Source: Octopus bimaculoides
Lineage: Eukaryota
Direction of reading: 5' to 3'
Assembly (NCBI RefSeq): GCF_001194135.2
Contig: NC_068987.1
Location: 73,249,208 to 73,295,258 of the forward strand
Length of the DNA stretch: 46,051 bases
In this document: positions 22,910 through 36,082 of the stretch, piece by piece
Layout: every line of letters begins with the position of its first letter
How positions within the stretch are numbered: the stretch's first letter is position 1
Made by a program: the position numbers and the translations under genes
The notes under the pieces: generated by a model
What the model was told of the DNA's origin: nothing
Databases searched by the model: none
What the model saw: only the letters and a program-made list of their open reading frames with translations

Positions 22910-23130
22910 TTTCTTTATGCCCACAAGGGGTTAAACATAGAGGGGACAAACAAGAACAGACAAAGGGATTAAGTCGATTATATCGACCCCAGTGCGCAAC
23001 TGGTACTTAATTTATCGACCCCGAAAGGATGAAAGGCAAAGTCGACCTCGGCGGAATTTGAACTCAGAACGTAACGGCAGACGAAATACCGCTAAGCATT
23101 TTGCCCAGCGTGCTAACGTTTCTGCCAGCT
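22910..23130 (-). mobile_element. Family A SINE variant with an alternative 3' tail
   Basis: Same head and body as family A, but the tail is gtctgttcttgtttgtcccctctatgtttaaccccttgtgggcataaagaa instead of the (ATT)n tail. The same tail variant is at about 12270-12310. Confidence 0.7.
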
Positions 23131-23766
23131 TCTTACCACACAGCCATGCTTGTGCCTGTGTATATATATAAAATAATAAATAAAGTACACACACAGGCAC
23201 AGGTATGACTGTGTGGTTAAGAAGATCATTTTTCTACCATAGGGTTTCAGGTTCAGTCCCACTGCATGGTACCTCATCTTGGGTAGGGTTTTTTTTTCTA
23301 TAGCCCCCAGACAAACGTCTTGAGAGTGAACTGAAGATGAAAACTGTATGGACGCACTCAGTGGAAAATTAACATAGATTATGTCACTCGAATCATTAGC
23401 TGGTTTCTGGAAAAATTCATTGCGATACTAGCTGCCTATAAATATTTTAAAATGCAATCTGCTGAAAAGATAGTCCTGAAGATCAAAGTATGAAATATGA
23501 CAGTGATGTGGAGGGTATGCTGGCACTTAATATCAAAGAATACTGAAGGAAAGTCTCTGTCAAAATCTCAGTAAAATGTAAGCATAACATTGTAGACATA
23601 ATGAGCTAGGATGGAGAGAAAAACACCAGGAAGTGTGCATATAGGTGCAGGCATGGCTGTGTGGTAAGCAGCTTGCTTCCCAACCACATGGTTTTGAGTT
23701 CTGTCCCACATTGTGGCAACTTGAATATATGTGTTCCTTGTGAGTGGATCTGGGGGAGAGAAACCT

Positions 23767-23813
<47 letters not shown>

Positions 23814-24357
23814 ATGCGTGCATGTGTGATTTTGTGTTTGAATCTATCTCTCGGCTGCTTGACAATCAGTGTTTGTTTGCTTACATCCCCTGTAACTTAT
23901 TGGTTTAGCAAAAGAGACTGATAGAATAAGTAACAGAATGTAAAAATAAGTCTTGTTTCACCAAAACCCTTCACGGCAGTGCTCCAGCATGGCAGCAGTT
24001 CAATGACTGTAACAAAGACAAGAAGATAGAAGAAGCTATAGAACCAAATGTTAACATAATGCTAAAGATAAATAAAAAGAAAACGTCTATACCACAAACT
24101 ACAGAGAAATCTACAGATATCCCATCTGGTCTATAGCTTTAGAATAATACCTGTAATTACTGGAGTACTTTAGAATTGTACCTGCACTTACTGGTAACTA
24201 ACTGCCTCAGCAAAAATCTTGAGAAGTTTCATAAAACCAGAAAGGGCATGGTTGATTAGGAAATTACAGCTCCATACAATTAATGGAAATGCGAAAATAT
24301 GTAACAGATTATTTAAAATAAATATTGGAAGAGATATATAATAGATGTCAGACTCAC

Positions 24358-24426
24358 CATTAGGTAGGACAAATTGTGTTACATAGTGCCATACCATTGG
24401 TTCCACAAGATCACCTAGTTTAGATT
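24358..24426 (-). CDS. HEXD: Hexosaminidase D-like coding exon 8: (E)SKLGDLVEPMVWHYVTQFVLPN
   Basis: Acceptor ttttcttctctttctag and donor gtgagt; 69 nt, phase 1 to 1. Contains the LVEPxxWxY motif. Confidence 0.92.
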
Positions 24427-24464
24427 CTAGAAAGAGAAGAAAAAAAAGAGATTTTGATGATTCT

Positions 24465-25224
24465 AACAATAATGCTTTCAAATTTTGGCACAAAGCCAGC
24501 AAATTCAGGGGAGGAGGTAAATTGATTACATCGACCCCATGACTCAAATGGTACTTATTTTAGTGACCCTGAAAGGATGAAAGGTAAAGGTGAGCTCAGC
24601 AGAATTTGGACTTAGAACACAGAGACGGATGAAATGCAAAATGATTCTGCCATCTTGTTGCCTTTTTGATGATTCTNNNNNNNNNNNNNNNNNNNNNNNN
24701 NNNNNNNNNNNNNNNNNNNNNNNNNNNNNNNNNNNNNNNNNNNNNNNNNNNNNNNNNNNNNNNNNNNNNNNNNNNNNNNNNNNNNNNNNNNNNNNNNNNN
24801 NNNNNNNNNNNNNNNNNNNNNNNNNNNNNNNNNNNNNNNCCTCAAAACAATAGAAGGCAAAATTGATCTTGGTTGGATGTGAACTCATAATGTAAAAAAT
24901 GTAAAAAAGTCAGAATAAATACCACAAGGCATATTTTCCTGATGATCTCACCCAGGATCTGCCAGCTCTTCATCCTTTATAACAATTTAATAATGATTTC
25001 AAATTTTGGCACACAGCCAGTAATTTTATGCGTGGGGGCTGGTTGATTACATTAACCCCAGTGTTCAACTGGTACTTATTTTATCAGCCCTGAAAGGATG
25101 AAAGTTAAAGTTGACCTCGGTGGAGTTTGAAACCAGAATGTAAGAATAGACAATATGTTGCTAAGCACTTTGTCCAGCACGCGATGATTCTGCCAGCATG
25201 CCACCTTATAATAAATAAATGATA

Positions 25225-25259
<35 letters not shown>

Positions 25260-25900
25260 AGTATTAATTACGATCCTTCCTGTTATAGGCACAAGGCCTG
25301 AAAGTTTGGAGGAAGGGGTTAGTCAAGTACATCGGCCCTAGTACTGGAACTTGTTTCACTGACCCCAAAAGGACGAAAAGCAAAGTCAGCTGTGGTGAAA
25401 TTTGAACTCAGAACATAAAGATGAACGAAATGCTACAAAGCAATTTGTCTGGCATCTAATGATTCTGCTACTTCACCATCTTTATTATTATTATTATAAT
25501 ATATAATCATCATCATCATCATTGTTTAACATCCGCTTTCCATGCTAGCATGGGTTGGACGATTTGACTGAGGACTGGTGAAACCGGATGGCAACACCAG
25601 GCTCCAGTCTAATTTGGCAGAGTTTCTACAGCTGGATGCCCTTCCTAACGCCAACCACTCAGAGAGTGTAGTAATAATAATAATCCTTTCTAGTGTAGGC
25701 ACAAGGCCTGAAATTTTGGGGAGGGGGGGTGAGTCGATCATATCGACCCCAGTACTTGACTGGTACTTAATTTATCAACCCCAAAAAGGATGAAAGGTAA
25801 AGTCAACCTTGGCGGAATTTGAACTCAAAACATAGCGACAGATGAAATACCACTAAGCATTTCGCCCGGCATGCCAATGATTCTACCAGCTCACTGCCTT
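24465..25900 (-). mobile_element. Chain of about 5 family A SINEs plus an RTE-tail-derived repeat (about 25505-25670)
   Basis: SINE bodies recur at about 24465, 24840, 24990, 25275 and 25680 in the same orientation, with microsatellite spacers. Confidence 0.75.
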
Positions 25901-25930
25901 AGTAATTATAATAATAATAATAATAATAAT

Positions 25931-26541
25931 GATAGACACGACAGAGCTGGGACCTATATACACTGGAAGCTATGCCAACACTATGGAATAACAACAGAAA
26001 AAAGATGGTATAAACACAAGCCAGAAAAGGTCACAGAAAACGAGAAAGCAACCATACTCTGGGATATGCCAATACACACAGATAGAGAAATTAAGGCAAA
26101 TAGACCAGATATAGTTGTCAAAGATCATGAAGAAAAAAAATGCTTTCTAATTGATGTATCAATACCAGCAGATGACAACGTTTCTCTAAAAGAAATGGAA
26201 AAAACTTTCAAAATACAAAGACCTAGAAATAGAGGTAACTCGAATGTGGAATCTAAAAACAGAAACAATTCCTATCATAGTAGGTGCCTTAGGTATAATA
26301 AAAAAATATTCAGACAAATACATAACAAAAACACCAGGACTTACAAATATATATAACATAAAGAAAATTGCACTACTGGGCACTGCACACATCCTACGCA
26401 AAACACTTTCAATACAGTAACCATAAGAGCACCAAAGCAAACCACAGCACATATCCAAGGCACACAGAGCTGCGCTCGGTAGTGAAGTGAAAGCACGTTA
26501 TAAAAATAAAACTACTGAACAATAGTAATAATAATAATAAT
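25931..26541 (+). mobile_element. 5'-truncated non-LTR retrotransposon with an RLE (PD-(D/E)xK) endonuclease domain, R4/Dong-like, embedded in (AAT)n
   Basis: Reads RHDRAGTYIHWKLC...ILWDMPIHTDREIKANRPDIVVKD...CFLIDVSIP...EK. A +1 frameshift in the A-run at about 26199-26204 interrupts EKLSKYKDLEIEVTRMW. The stop is at 26418-26420, and (AAT)n lies on both sides. Confidence 0.9.
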
Positions 26542-26931
26542 ACCGGCATCTATGTCATGCATAAATGAGTGGAGACCCTGTAGGATTGAGAGGACTTTAA
26601 TATGGCTGAGGATGTGACAGCTACCTTAGGACTGGAGCTATAAAAATTGCACCCAGTACACTCTGTGAAGTTGTTGGTGTTAGAAGAGCATCCAGCTGTA
26701 GAACCCATTCCAAAAAAAGAACACATGATTAGATGTGCCATTCTGATGCATCTTGGAGAAGAGTAACTTCAAAAAAAAGTTAACCTGGGCAGTGAATAAC
26801 TGTCTAATCTCTGCCAGCATGGACAGCAGACATGAAATAAGGATGATGATGATTGTGTTAACACATACTCACAAATATATATGCATGTGTGTATGTATCT
26901 GTATATAGATGTGCGCTTATATATACATTAC

Positions 26932-27115
26932 CTTTAAGAAGAGCCAGTTCACAAAACCTCATCATATCATCCCACATGAGAACAGTCAGATGATTGTATT
27001 TACACTTTACATATTTCACAACTTTCTCAATATGAACAAAGAACATCTGTTGGTTTGTCAAGTTCTCTGAAGTCATTGTCTTCTTGCACCGCTCACAGAA
27101 TCCTATGTGATAAAC
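26932..27115 (-). CDS. HEXD: Hexosaminidase D-like coding exon 7: VYHIGFCERCKKTMTSENLTNQQMFFVHIEKVVKYVKCKYNHLTVLMWDDMMRFCELALLK
   Basis: Acceptor tcatttacag and donor gtaatg; 184 nt, phase 0 to 1. Contains the GH20 WDDM motif. Confidence 0.95.
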
Positions 27116-27429
27116 CTGTAAATGACAAAGCTCTATGAACACATTGGAACTACAATTTATATATTCTAGCATAGAACATGCATGCATAAATGCATAAATA
27201 CATACATAGATGGACAGACAGAGAGCCAGATAAATAGATAGATGCACATAGACCTAGGCAGTACAATTTTAGCTAAAATTAAGTAATGAGCAGGTGATGG
27301 GCAGATGTCCATATACACGATTACTAAATAATCATGTATATGGACAGAAATTCTACATGGCAGTGAGCCATTGGCCCTGAATGCAGAGGACATAAAAAGG
27401 TTAAAAAGAAATGAGGCTAATATGCTCTG

Positions 27430-27740
27430 CTAGATGTGTAATGTAAATGTATATATTTGACAGAGTGCTAATGCTTTGAGAAAGAAGTTAGGCATAAGAA
27501 GAATTAGTTTCTGTGTGCTAGAGAGAAGACTGCACTGGTTTGGTTGTGTGATGCGGAGGGATGCCAACAGCTCCACAAAGAAGAGCCAATCTCTCAAAGC
27601 AGATGGAACACAGGGAAGTGGGAGACCCAGAAAGATATAGGATGAAGTGCTGAAGGATAACCTTAAGATGCTGAACCTTTCAAGTGAGATGACAAAGGAC
27701 TGAGATGTCTGGTACCTTGCTATACTCAAGAAAATCCGTA
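27430..27740 (+). mobile_element. RTE-clade LINE 3' remnant
   Basis: Reads LRKKLGIRRI...ERRLHWFGCVMRRD...GRPRKI*DEVLKDNL. Confidence 0.7.
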
Positions 27741-28004
27741 CTCTACAACAGAAGTGTTAAGACTAGTCCCCCTGATGGTGAAGATTGACCTGCAAGAGTC
27801 CTGGACTTGTGTCATGTAAAAAGAGCACTTGTGGAGGTGCCATGTAAGAGCACCTGTGTGGCGCCACAAGGAAGCACCCGTTCAGCGCCACATAAAAGCA
27901 CCAGTACTATAGAGGTTACTTTACTATCAGCAAGACTAAAGAGCCCTCTCATCAAGCCCTGCTTTATCACTGTTTAGATCAATTACCAATCACTGAGAAA
28001 TAAT

Positions 28005-29120
28005 CCTTTCTATTATAGGCACAAGGCCTGAAATTTAAGGGATGGGGACAGTCGATTACAACAGCCCCAGTTCTCAACTGGTACTTATTTTATCGATCCT
28101 GAAAGGATGAAAGGCAAAGTTGACCTTGGGGGAATTTGAACTCAGAATGTAAAGACGGACGAAATGCTGCTAAGCATTTTGCCCAGCGTGCTAACGATTC
28201 TGCCAGCTCACTGCCTTAACCGCTGACAAATAATAACAGCAGAAAAACTTTTAATGAGCCCAAATTGGCAGGAGTATATAATTAGCATGTATTTTGTTGC
28301 TCTCTGTCTCTCTCTATATATATTGGCAAATTGTTTTCGGCTTTAGTATTCCATCGGAAAGATTGCAAGAATGGTGACAGGAGGGAAGAGGTCAATATTG
28401 AAGCTCACACAATTAATGGAATTACCAACACTTACCTCATCAGCTCCAATATGGAAACGGTGACTGCGAGGATGCAATGAGAGAATTTGGTCAATCATCA
28501 GTTTTACTGTGTCTAAAGCATCTGAAAGTAAAGAACACACTCACATTGATTTAGTAACTGACAACTAATAGAGACTCCAACATCACCTCAATAATTCTAA
28601 AGACCTGAGCTGACAACATGAAATGTGGGATGTTCACACCAACCGTTCAGGTGTGAAGTTGAACTATTACTAGCTCGACAAACTGTAGTAAAAAGAGTGT
28701 CATATGCATTTTGTGAGCATAATAAGTATGAACACACATTATTCTTTTCTATTCTAGGCACAAGGCCCAAAATTTTTGGAGAGGGAGCCAGTCGTTTAGA
28801 TCAACCTCAGTATGCAACTGGTACTTAATTTATCGACCCCCAAAAGGATGAAAGTCAAAGTTGACCTTGGCGGAATTTGAACTCAGAACATAAAGACAGA
28901 TGAAGTACCACTAAGCATTTTGCCCGGTGTGCTTATGTTTCTGCTAGCTTCACACCTTTTTGAACACACATTACTGTTTCTATTAATAATGGTTTCAAAT
29001 TTTGGCACAAGGTTAGCAATTACAGGGGAGGGGTTAAGTTGATTACCTCGACCCCAGTGCTCGTGTGGTACTTAATTTATTGACCCCAGAAAGATGAAAA
29101 GCAAAGTCGACCTCAGCTGT
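28005..29120 (-). mobile_element. Three family A SINE copies (about 28005-28220, 28745-28960, 28985-29120) flanking HEXD exon 6
   Basis: Same SINE body and same orientation as the other chains. Confidence 0.75.
28436..28521 (-). CDS. HEXD: Hexosaminidase D-like coding exon 6: (D)ALDTVKLMIDQILSLHPRSHRFHIGADE (catalytic Asp-Glu)
   Basis: Acceptor ttctttactttcag and donor gtaagt; 86 nt, phase 1 to 0. Contains the GH20 H-x-G-x-D-E catalytic motif. Confidence 0.96.
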
Positions 29121-29542
29121 CAACAGGTTCCATACATACTTCATGCTTGTGTTATTGTTTCTATTAATAATAACACAAACATAAAATATGGAACTTGTCG
29201 ACAGCTAGGAAGACTGAGGCTATTAAAGTTATGTGCTATGGTTTAAGGATACAATGCAATGTTTGATGTGCAGATGTGTTCTTACAGTAGATATGAAGCT
29301 ATATTTTTATAGGAGAAATGAAATGTGATTGTATAACATTCATGCCTTTTTGTAAATATATTAGTGATCAATATAAACGAGGAGAAACAATTACCACTGT
29401 GAAACAAAACCAGGTCACAGACTCCTCAGCTTGCCAAGAGTTTATCATTTATTCTAGAACATTTGTATCCACATCCAAACTGCTGACATGTATTGACAGG
29501 AAGTTAGATGAAAATGGTGAGGAAGAGATGTGACTTACTTAC

Positions 29543-29621
29543 CTGGATGGGTTGGACATAGAGAAGTAGGGTAAGCTGCAACTTCCCGGAGTTTTCGAAA
29601 TTTTTCATGTTTCAAAACAAA
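29543..29621 (-). CDS. HEXD: Hexosaminidase D-like coding exon 5: FVLKHEKFRKLREVAAYPTSLCPTHP
   Basis: Acceptor ctatcttgtag and donor gtaagt; 79 nt, phase 0 to 1. Contains the FVLKH...LRE...P..L.P motif. Confidence 0.95.
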
Positions 29622-30004
29622 CTACAAGATAGAGAACGGCATGAAGATTTGAAGAAAGCTGTAGATGGCTGAGTGTAAAAGTTATAAGATGATGAAGGCA
29701 AAGAAGCACAAAACATGTCCTTTGACTTATCAGATCCTGTCAAACCATCCAATCTTTGTCAGTATGGAAGATAGATAGTATTATATGATCAGATTGGAGC
29801 CTGGTGCAGCCTTCTGGTTCGCTAGTCCTCAGTCAAATTGTCCAACCCATGCTAGCATGGAAGGCGGACGTTAAACGATGATGATGATGATGATGATGAT
29901 AGTGACGATGATGGTACATATGTATGTATGCGATATGTCCCGCATTATGACGATGTAACATCATCGTCTGCATGACTGGCCCAAACAGCATACCTCGCTG
30001 ACTT

Positions 30005-30866
30005 TAATTCTTTATTTAGCACCTAAGCCATGACAAAGAGGGGACAATACAAGGACAGACAGAACATCACAGTGGGGACAAAAACCATAAAACGAATGAA
30101 ATAAAGGATGTATAACAAATTAATGTTGATGAAACGGCTGCATTGAGCCCCGCTCTCAAGAAATACCATTTAAATGTTTTAGCATACAGTTTGTAATCAT
30201 TTTTCTTCCTCTTATTTTCCATTTACTTTTTTTTTCCTATTGGCATTGTATTTATAGTCTGTTATATTTTAACGTCTTACTTACTTTTTAGAAGTTCATG
30301 AATGGTTCTAAATCTTTGTACTCCACAACTGGTGGTAGTTCATCGAACTCCACCTCTACTCCCAATGGGTCTATGTTGTCTCCGAATAAATCTTTCAGTT
30401 TTCCATATCTCTCTCGGTCTATTACAATTCCTTTTACATTTTCTGTATGCAGCTCTACTGGTAACTTTACCCTTATTACCAATTTAAATTTTGTTATTCT
30501 CCTCTCTATGGCCATACTCTTTGCATATGTTACCATATGCCACTTGTTCTGCTTCGGTTTCTCGCTTGTTCATTTCTGTGAAGCACCTGGGCTGTCCAAG
30601 CAAGTTACTCTTTTTTGTTCTTTTGTTGGTGATTCTATTGCACATCTTTGCTGCCAGCTCTCTCTAATGTCCATTTCTTCTTCCTCCTTTTTACCTTTTG
30701 TTGGTGATGCTGGTGTGCTTCTTTGCCACCAGCTCTCTATCACATCCATCTCTTCCTCCTCCTTCTTCTTTTTCTGACTCTGAGAGTTCATGCATTCTTT
30801 TCTCTTTTTTCTGTTCGCCATGGTGAATGCTTCCTCTGTGTCCTTCTCACTTTCTAGTATTGCCAT
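30005..30866 (-). mobile_element. Possible internally deleted LINE (L1/Tx1-like): ORF1-like reading frame broken by one stop, followed by an AATAAA-bearing 3' end
   Basis: ORFs 30570-30866 and 30288-30536 share one frame and are separated by a single stop plus 11 codons. There is an internal duplication of about 24 codons (KKEEEEMDxxESWxQR...SPTK). The clade assignment is inference. Confidence 0.4.
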
Positions 30867-31781
30867 TCTGTATTATTTATATATCATCATCATCATCATC
30901 ATCATCATTTAACGTCCGCCTTCCATGCTAGCATGGGTTGGACGATTTGACTGAGGACTGGTGAAACTGGATGGCAACACCAGGCTCCAATCTAATTTGG
31001 CAGAGTTTCTACAGCATATATATATATATATATATATACAACAGGCTTCTTTCAGTTTCCATCTACCAAATCCACTCACAAGGCTTTAGTTGGCCCAAGG
31101 TGTCATGCAGTGGGACTGAACCCGGAACCATGTAGTTGGGAAGCAAGCGTCTTACCACATACACACACATATATATATATAAAAGGAATATGATCAAGGG
31201 ATTGCACCTAGGAAGTTCCACTCCTTGGCACAAGTCCAGGCAAGGTTGTTTGTGGAAGACCAGCAGTCACCCATGCATACCAGCCTCCCCTCTCCACGAC
31301 ACAAAGGTTATCCAAAGGAAAGGTAAAGGTCAATACAGCTTGGTACCAGTGATGTCGCAATTCATTTCTACAGCTGAGTGAACTGGAGCTACATGAAATA
31401 AAGTGACTTGCTCAAGAATGCAACACACAGCCCGGTCTGGGAATCAAACTCATAACCTCACAATTTTAAGCTCAATGCTTTAACTACTAAGCCATGTACC
31501 TTCACACACACAGACATATATATTTACTTTAATAATTCCATCATGTAATCATATATAGATAGGACAAGTCTATCAATTATTGGTGCAGTAATACTTCATG
31601 ACGTTGTGTCACCACTTTTGTGAAACCTTCATGTATTAGTGAACAAATGACAGAAAAACTAATGAACATAAGACAGCAAATGTAGTAACAACTGACAGAA
31701 ATAAAAAAACCCAAAAACTAAATATACCAAAATTACAATATGAATCCTAGAAATCTAGAAACGGAAATACTTTTTACATAC

Positions 31782-31869
31782 CTCAAAATGACCAAATGTT
31801 TGAATCAAAGGAATTACTTCCAAATTATTTTGTTCTGCCAATTGTTGTATTCTTTGTATATCATCTTTG
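31782..31869 (-). CDS. HEXD: Hexosaminidase D-like coding exon 4: (S)KDDIQRIQQLAEQNNLEVIPLIQTFGHFE
   Basis: Acceptor ctatctcttccag and donor gtatgt; 88 nt, phase 2 to 0. Contains the LEVIPLxQTFGHxE motif. Confidence 0.96.
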
Positions 31870-33496
31870 CTGGAAGAGATAGGGTGAGACATTTCAGTGT
31901 TGAAGTTAATATAAATATAAGACTGGGTGTTATTATTTTCTGCACTGAGTCAAGTATTATTTAGTTTTAAAATATTCATCATTCTTAAGAAATACATGAT
32001 GCCTCTGCAGCCCTGGCAATGTTACTCCAAGACTTAGATTGCCAAAGGTGAGAAGTGTAATTGGAGACATGAAGATATTTCAGTGTACTACCCAATAAAA
32101 AAATTTCTTCTTTTAAGAAATTTGCTGTATTGGAGTGGTAGGGGTGCCTTCTTTAACCCCTAACTAGATCTGTCACAACTTCTGCAACAGTAACCAAAAT
32201 AATAAGTGAAATACAAGCAAAAGAGAGGATCTTTACATAGTTGTTTCACCTGCTAGACATGGTAGCTAAACCTCCCTCAGAACATACCCTACTACCCATA
32301 CATTTTCAAGATAATGTTATCTTCTGGATACATTATACTTCAAACAAAGATGAAATGATCATCATTTGAATATCTTTGATCAAAGGTATTTTCAATGAAG
32401 GATGACCTAGGTTTAAATAAAAACAGCAAAATTAAAACAACAATAGCAAAATAAAATTGCAGTTGTTTAGCCCTAGGTTAGCCATGATCTGGCAGGTCTA
32501 TGATCAAATGTGTTTCAGGCCTTAACCTACTGTCATTTGTTTTCTATATGCAAGATGTAAACATATGTTACCACTACCGAAGCAATGTCATGGCAAAAAC
32601 ATACGGTGGCAAACTCACACACACACATACAACAGACTTCCAAACAGTTTCTATTAAAATTCCCTCATGTAAAATTGGCCATTCCAAGGCTATAGCAGGA
32701 GACATCCATCCAAAGTGCCATACAGTGGGATTGAACTTGAAACCACTTCAGTGAGAAGTGAATTTCTTAACCACACAACCATGCCTGTGCCTTCAATACA
32801 TTTTTACAAGATATAAAAGAAATGAAGACGTTACTATTTAAAATTCTATATGGATATAATAAAGTGTGTGTGTGTGTGTGTGTGTATACAGATATATATA
32901 TATAAAAATTATTATTTGGACTTTGCTCATATGACTAGTAGTATGCGATTAAAGCACTTTCACTATTTAGGCTACCTGATGTTATCCACAGTTACGATAT
33001 AATTGTCAGTGTTCGTTGAGTTTATAATGATTGAGAGAAATGGAAAATGGATTTAGCAAGAATCTTTATTCAATACAAAGATCATTTCAACCCATCCTGC
33101 ATCTGTCCCTTATGGATGGGATATTGTACAGCTAACTGTGTTGCATCCATCAATACAGGCAGTGTTTCATCAGGTGTCTCATTTAAATAAGATACCTCAC
33201 TACATATACTGATTTTTGCTTAGCAGGTTGTGGTCACACACATATATCTTGAATAGATGAGGCCTAGTGTCTTTCTAGCAAGAAAAAAAAAGAGACAGAC
33301 AATAGACTAGCTTAGTTACTTCTTAAGGCTAATTATGCATTAGAATCCCTGTAATCATGAAGTAAATGAAAAAATATTGTTTGTATACTTTGTGTTGTAT
33401 GGAATATAATAAAGCAATTAGGGTATGTTGTGTAAAATACAGTGTATTTTCCCTCCACTCAGATTAACTTTAAAATAAATATAAATATGATCTCAC

Positions 33497-33606
33497 CTGT
33501 ATGCATGCTTGGCAGCCAATTCTTTGAGATCATTTTGGTATGGAAACATATCTTCATATTCTAGCAATAAACTCGTAGCACCCCATTGACGGAATAAAGG
33601 AAATAT
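33497..33606 (-). CDS. HEXD: Hexosaminidase D-like coding exon 3: [36 protein letters not shown]
   Basis: Acceptor ttttacttgtccag and donor gtgaga; 110 nt, phase 0 to 2. Contains the EYEDMFPY motif. Confidence 0.96.
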
Positions 33607-34758
33607 CTGGACAAGTAAAAGGTCTAAATTAATATTGGCTCCTCCTGAGACTGTTGCTGTGGTGGAAATGTTATGACACTTCAATTTTATAAAAGAAAAA
33701 TTTATAATAATTTTTCACTTCTAAAATATTCTGTAAAATGCATGTTATTAGTATACATTGAAGTGCACCTTAGATCATAATTAGCACAAGTTCTGGTAAG
33801 TAAAATCTGCACATTAGGGAAACTTTTTATGATGTCAATCAATGAAAAAGAAGCTCATGGAAACATGCAAAAAATGTGACCTATTTCCCCTTCACTTTAT
33901 CGATACATATCAAATCAAATGGAATTTTTATTTTCCAAAAGTTATGCATGTATTTGTCCAAATTGATTCTAGTGATTTATACACATATATAATATTGAAA
34001 AAAGCTTTGTAAGTTTTTCTTTCAAGCACAGGTCTTCTCATAAAGTGTATGCATTCATTTGGACAATTTCTATTCCTCTTCACACCTTAATGACTCTTAT
34101 TCATCAAGACTGTATACACATCATGTGAATGAATTTTATTCACACATCTCTGTGCACATACTTTGCTAACGCCTCATTTTCTTGATCTCTTTATCCACTT
34201 CACTTCATTTATTTGGCAGCTATGAACATTTCAACATCTTATTTCTTTCTTCTTTATAAGTATTTGTTTTTTTTTTCTTTTGTGGAATAAAAATCAGTAT
34301 AATCACCATGGAGTACAGACCATATTCTAGTGAAATGTTTAGTTACACCGCTTGAAATTCTGAGTTCATATCCTACCAAGGTTGATTTATGCCCTTTTAA
34401 ATTTGTATGGTCATATATAAGTCATATCATCTTATTCTTGATTTGAATTGAAAAACTGGAGTGTGATTTATATACAGGGCAAAGTTTGAATATGAAGGGA
34501 AAAAATTATGTATCAAAATTCAACACTAAATTAGGGGTTCGACTTAAACACAAGTAGATATGGCAAATTTATTGTTGAATATATCTCCAGCCAGGTCTAC
34601 TTCATATGACCTTAACAAATAAACACTTCAGCAATGGATGTTCTCTTTCGATTTAGGGATTAAGACATGTGGTCTCCATATAAGACATTGGACTGCTACA
34701 TAAGCAAGTCAAAAAATGGCTGAAAAATCACCTTTGTGTCTGAATTTTACATAACTTC

Positions 34759-34800
<42 letters not shown>

Positions 34801-35362
34801 GCGTGTGTGCGTGCATTTTAAGTCTATTATTTCAAAGCAAGTTAAGAATAGCAACAGGACAGTTACTAATGAGAGTCACTACTGAAAATAGAGTCAAATT
34901 TCTTATAAAGTGTAAAGACCCACTTCCATCATGAATGACCATGGGATTGCACCTAGAAAGTTACCCTCCGAGGTACAAGTCCAGGCAAGGCTGTTTATGG
35001 AAGACCAGCAGTCACTCAGGCATACCAGCCTCCCCTTTCCATACCACTGATGTTATCCAAGGGAAAGGCAAAGATCTAATACAGCTTAGCACCAGTGATG
35101 TTGCAACTCATTTTTACAGCTGAATGAACTGGAGCAACATGAAATAAAGTGTCTTGCTCAAGAACACAACACACAGCCCGGTCCAGGAATGGAATTCACT
35201 ACCTCATAATTGTGAACCTCATGCGCTAACCATTGAGCCATAGGCAGTATAGAAACTTACACAGGTACACCTGAACGTGTAAGTGTTCATGTGGGTATAT
35301 CAATTGATGCTGACATAAAAATCAGAAATAATTCATAGTAAAGGATTTTAAAATGACATTAC

Positions 35363-35417
35363 CTCAGCAAAATAGCTGACCCTTGGAGGTGCTCCTTTCA
35401 GGTCCAAGTGAACTGTG
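35363..35417 (-). CDS. HEXD: Hexosaminidase D-like coding exon 2: (H)TVHLDLKGAPPRVSYFAE
   Basis: Acceptor tctatttacag and donor gtaatg; 55 nt, phase 2 to 0. VHLDLKGAPP is the HEXD N-terminal signature. Confidence 0.96.
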
Positions 35418-36045
35418 CTGTAAATAGACAATAACAAACATTTACTGCATATTTCTTTCCATACTATACACATAATCCAAGACAGTCACAATCTATTTAC
35501 ATTTACTCCATACAAGCTACATACACTTGCATTTCTAAGACTGGTGAGACCAACATGGTTCATTCTTGAACACTGGCTTTCTGGAACTTCTTGCTTGTAC
35601 ATATTCTTCTTGCAGCCATCAGTAGGAATAGCTTGTGTAAGGGGAGAATTCCAGAGAGCCAATGTGCTAGATTGAAAGAACTGAACATAGCGCAGGGCCT
35701 GGAGGGGTATACAGAATATGAATGAAGAGAGGAAGTAGTGCGTGTGAGTTGCAAGTACCTGAATGAAAATGGTAAAAAAAAATACCAGCCATGACCAATG
35801 TGTAGAAACCAATGCACTAATTGAAATGACTGTTGAGCACAATTGAAGTATGAACTATATGTGAAACTTATGCTTTTTCTGCTCATATTCTAAACATGTT
35901 GCTCTTAAAGATATTTTTAACTGATTATGTATATACATGCAAGTTGATTCCACTTGAACTTAATAATAACATGTTGGAGTTTAACAACCTGTATTTAATT
36001 AAGCTCTTAATTACTGTGGATTTATCTTTTGATGCTTATACATCA

Positions 36046-36082
<37 letters not shown>

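Noticed and set aside
33110-33185. Additional hammerhead on the minus strand (CTGATGA...ACAGTTAGCTGTA)
   Set aside because: The GAAA core is broken and stem I does not pair. At most it is a very decayed relic.
33607-33684. N-terminal extension MKCHNISTT...LLLVQ from the ORF track
   Set aside because: It is intronic. The acceptor at 33607-33608 and upstream exon 2 supply the conserved VHLDLKGAPP.
35486-35886. Overlapping minus-strand ORFs of 108-118 aa
   Set aside because: There are no recognisable domains or splice support. They may be a decayed transposon.
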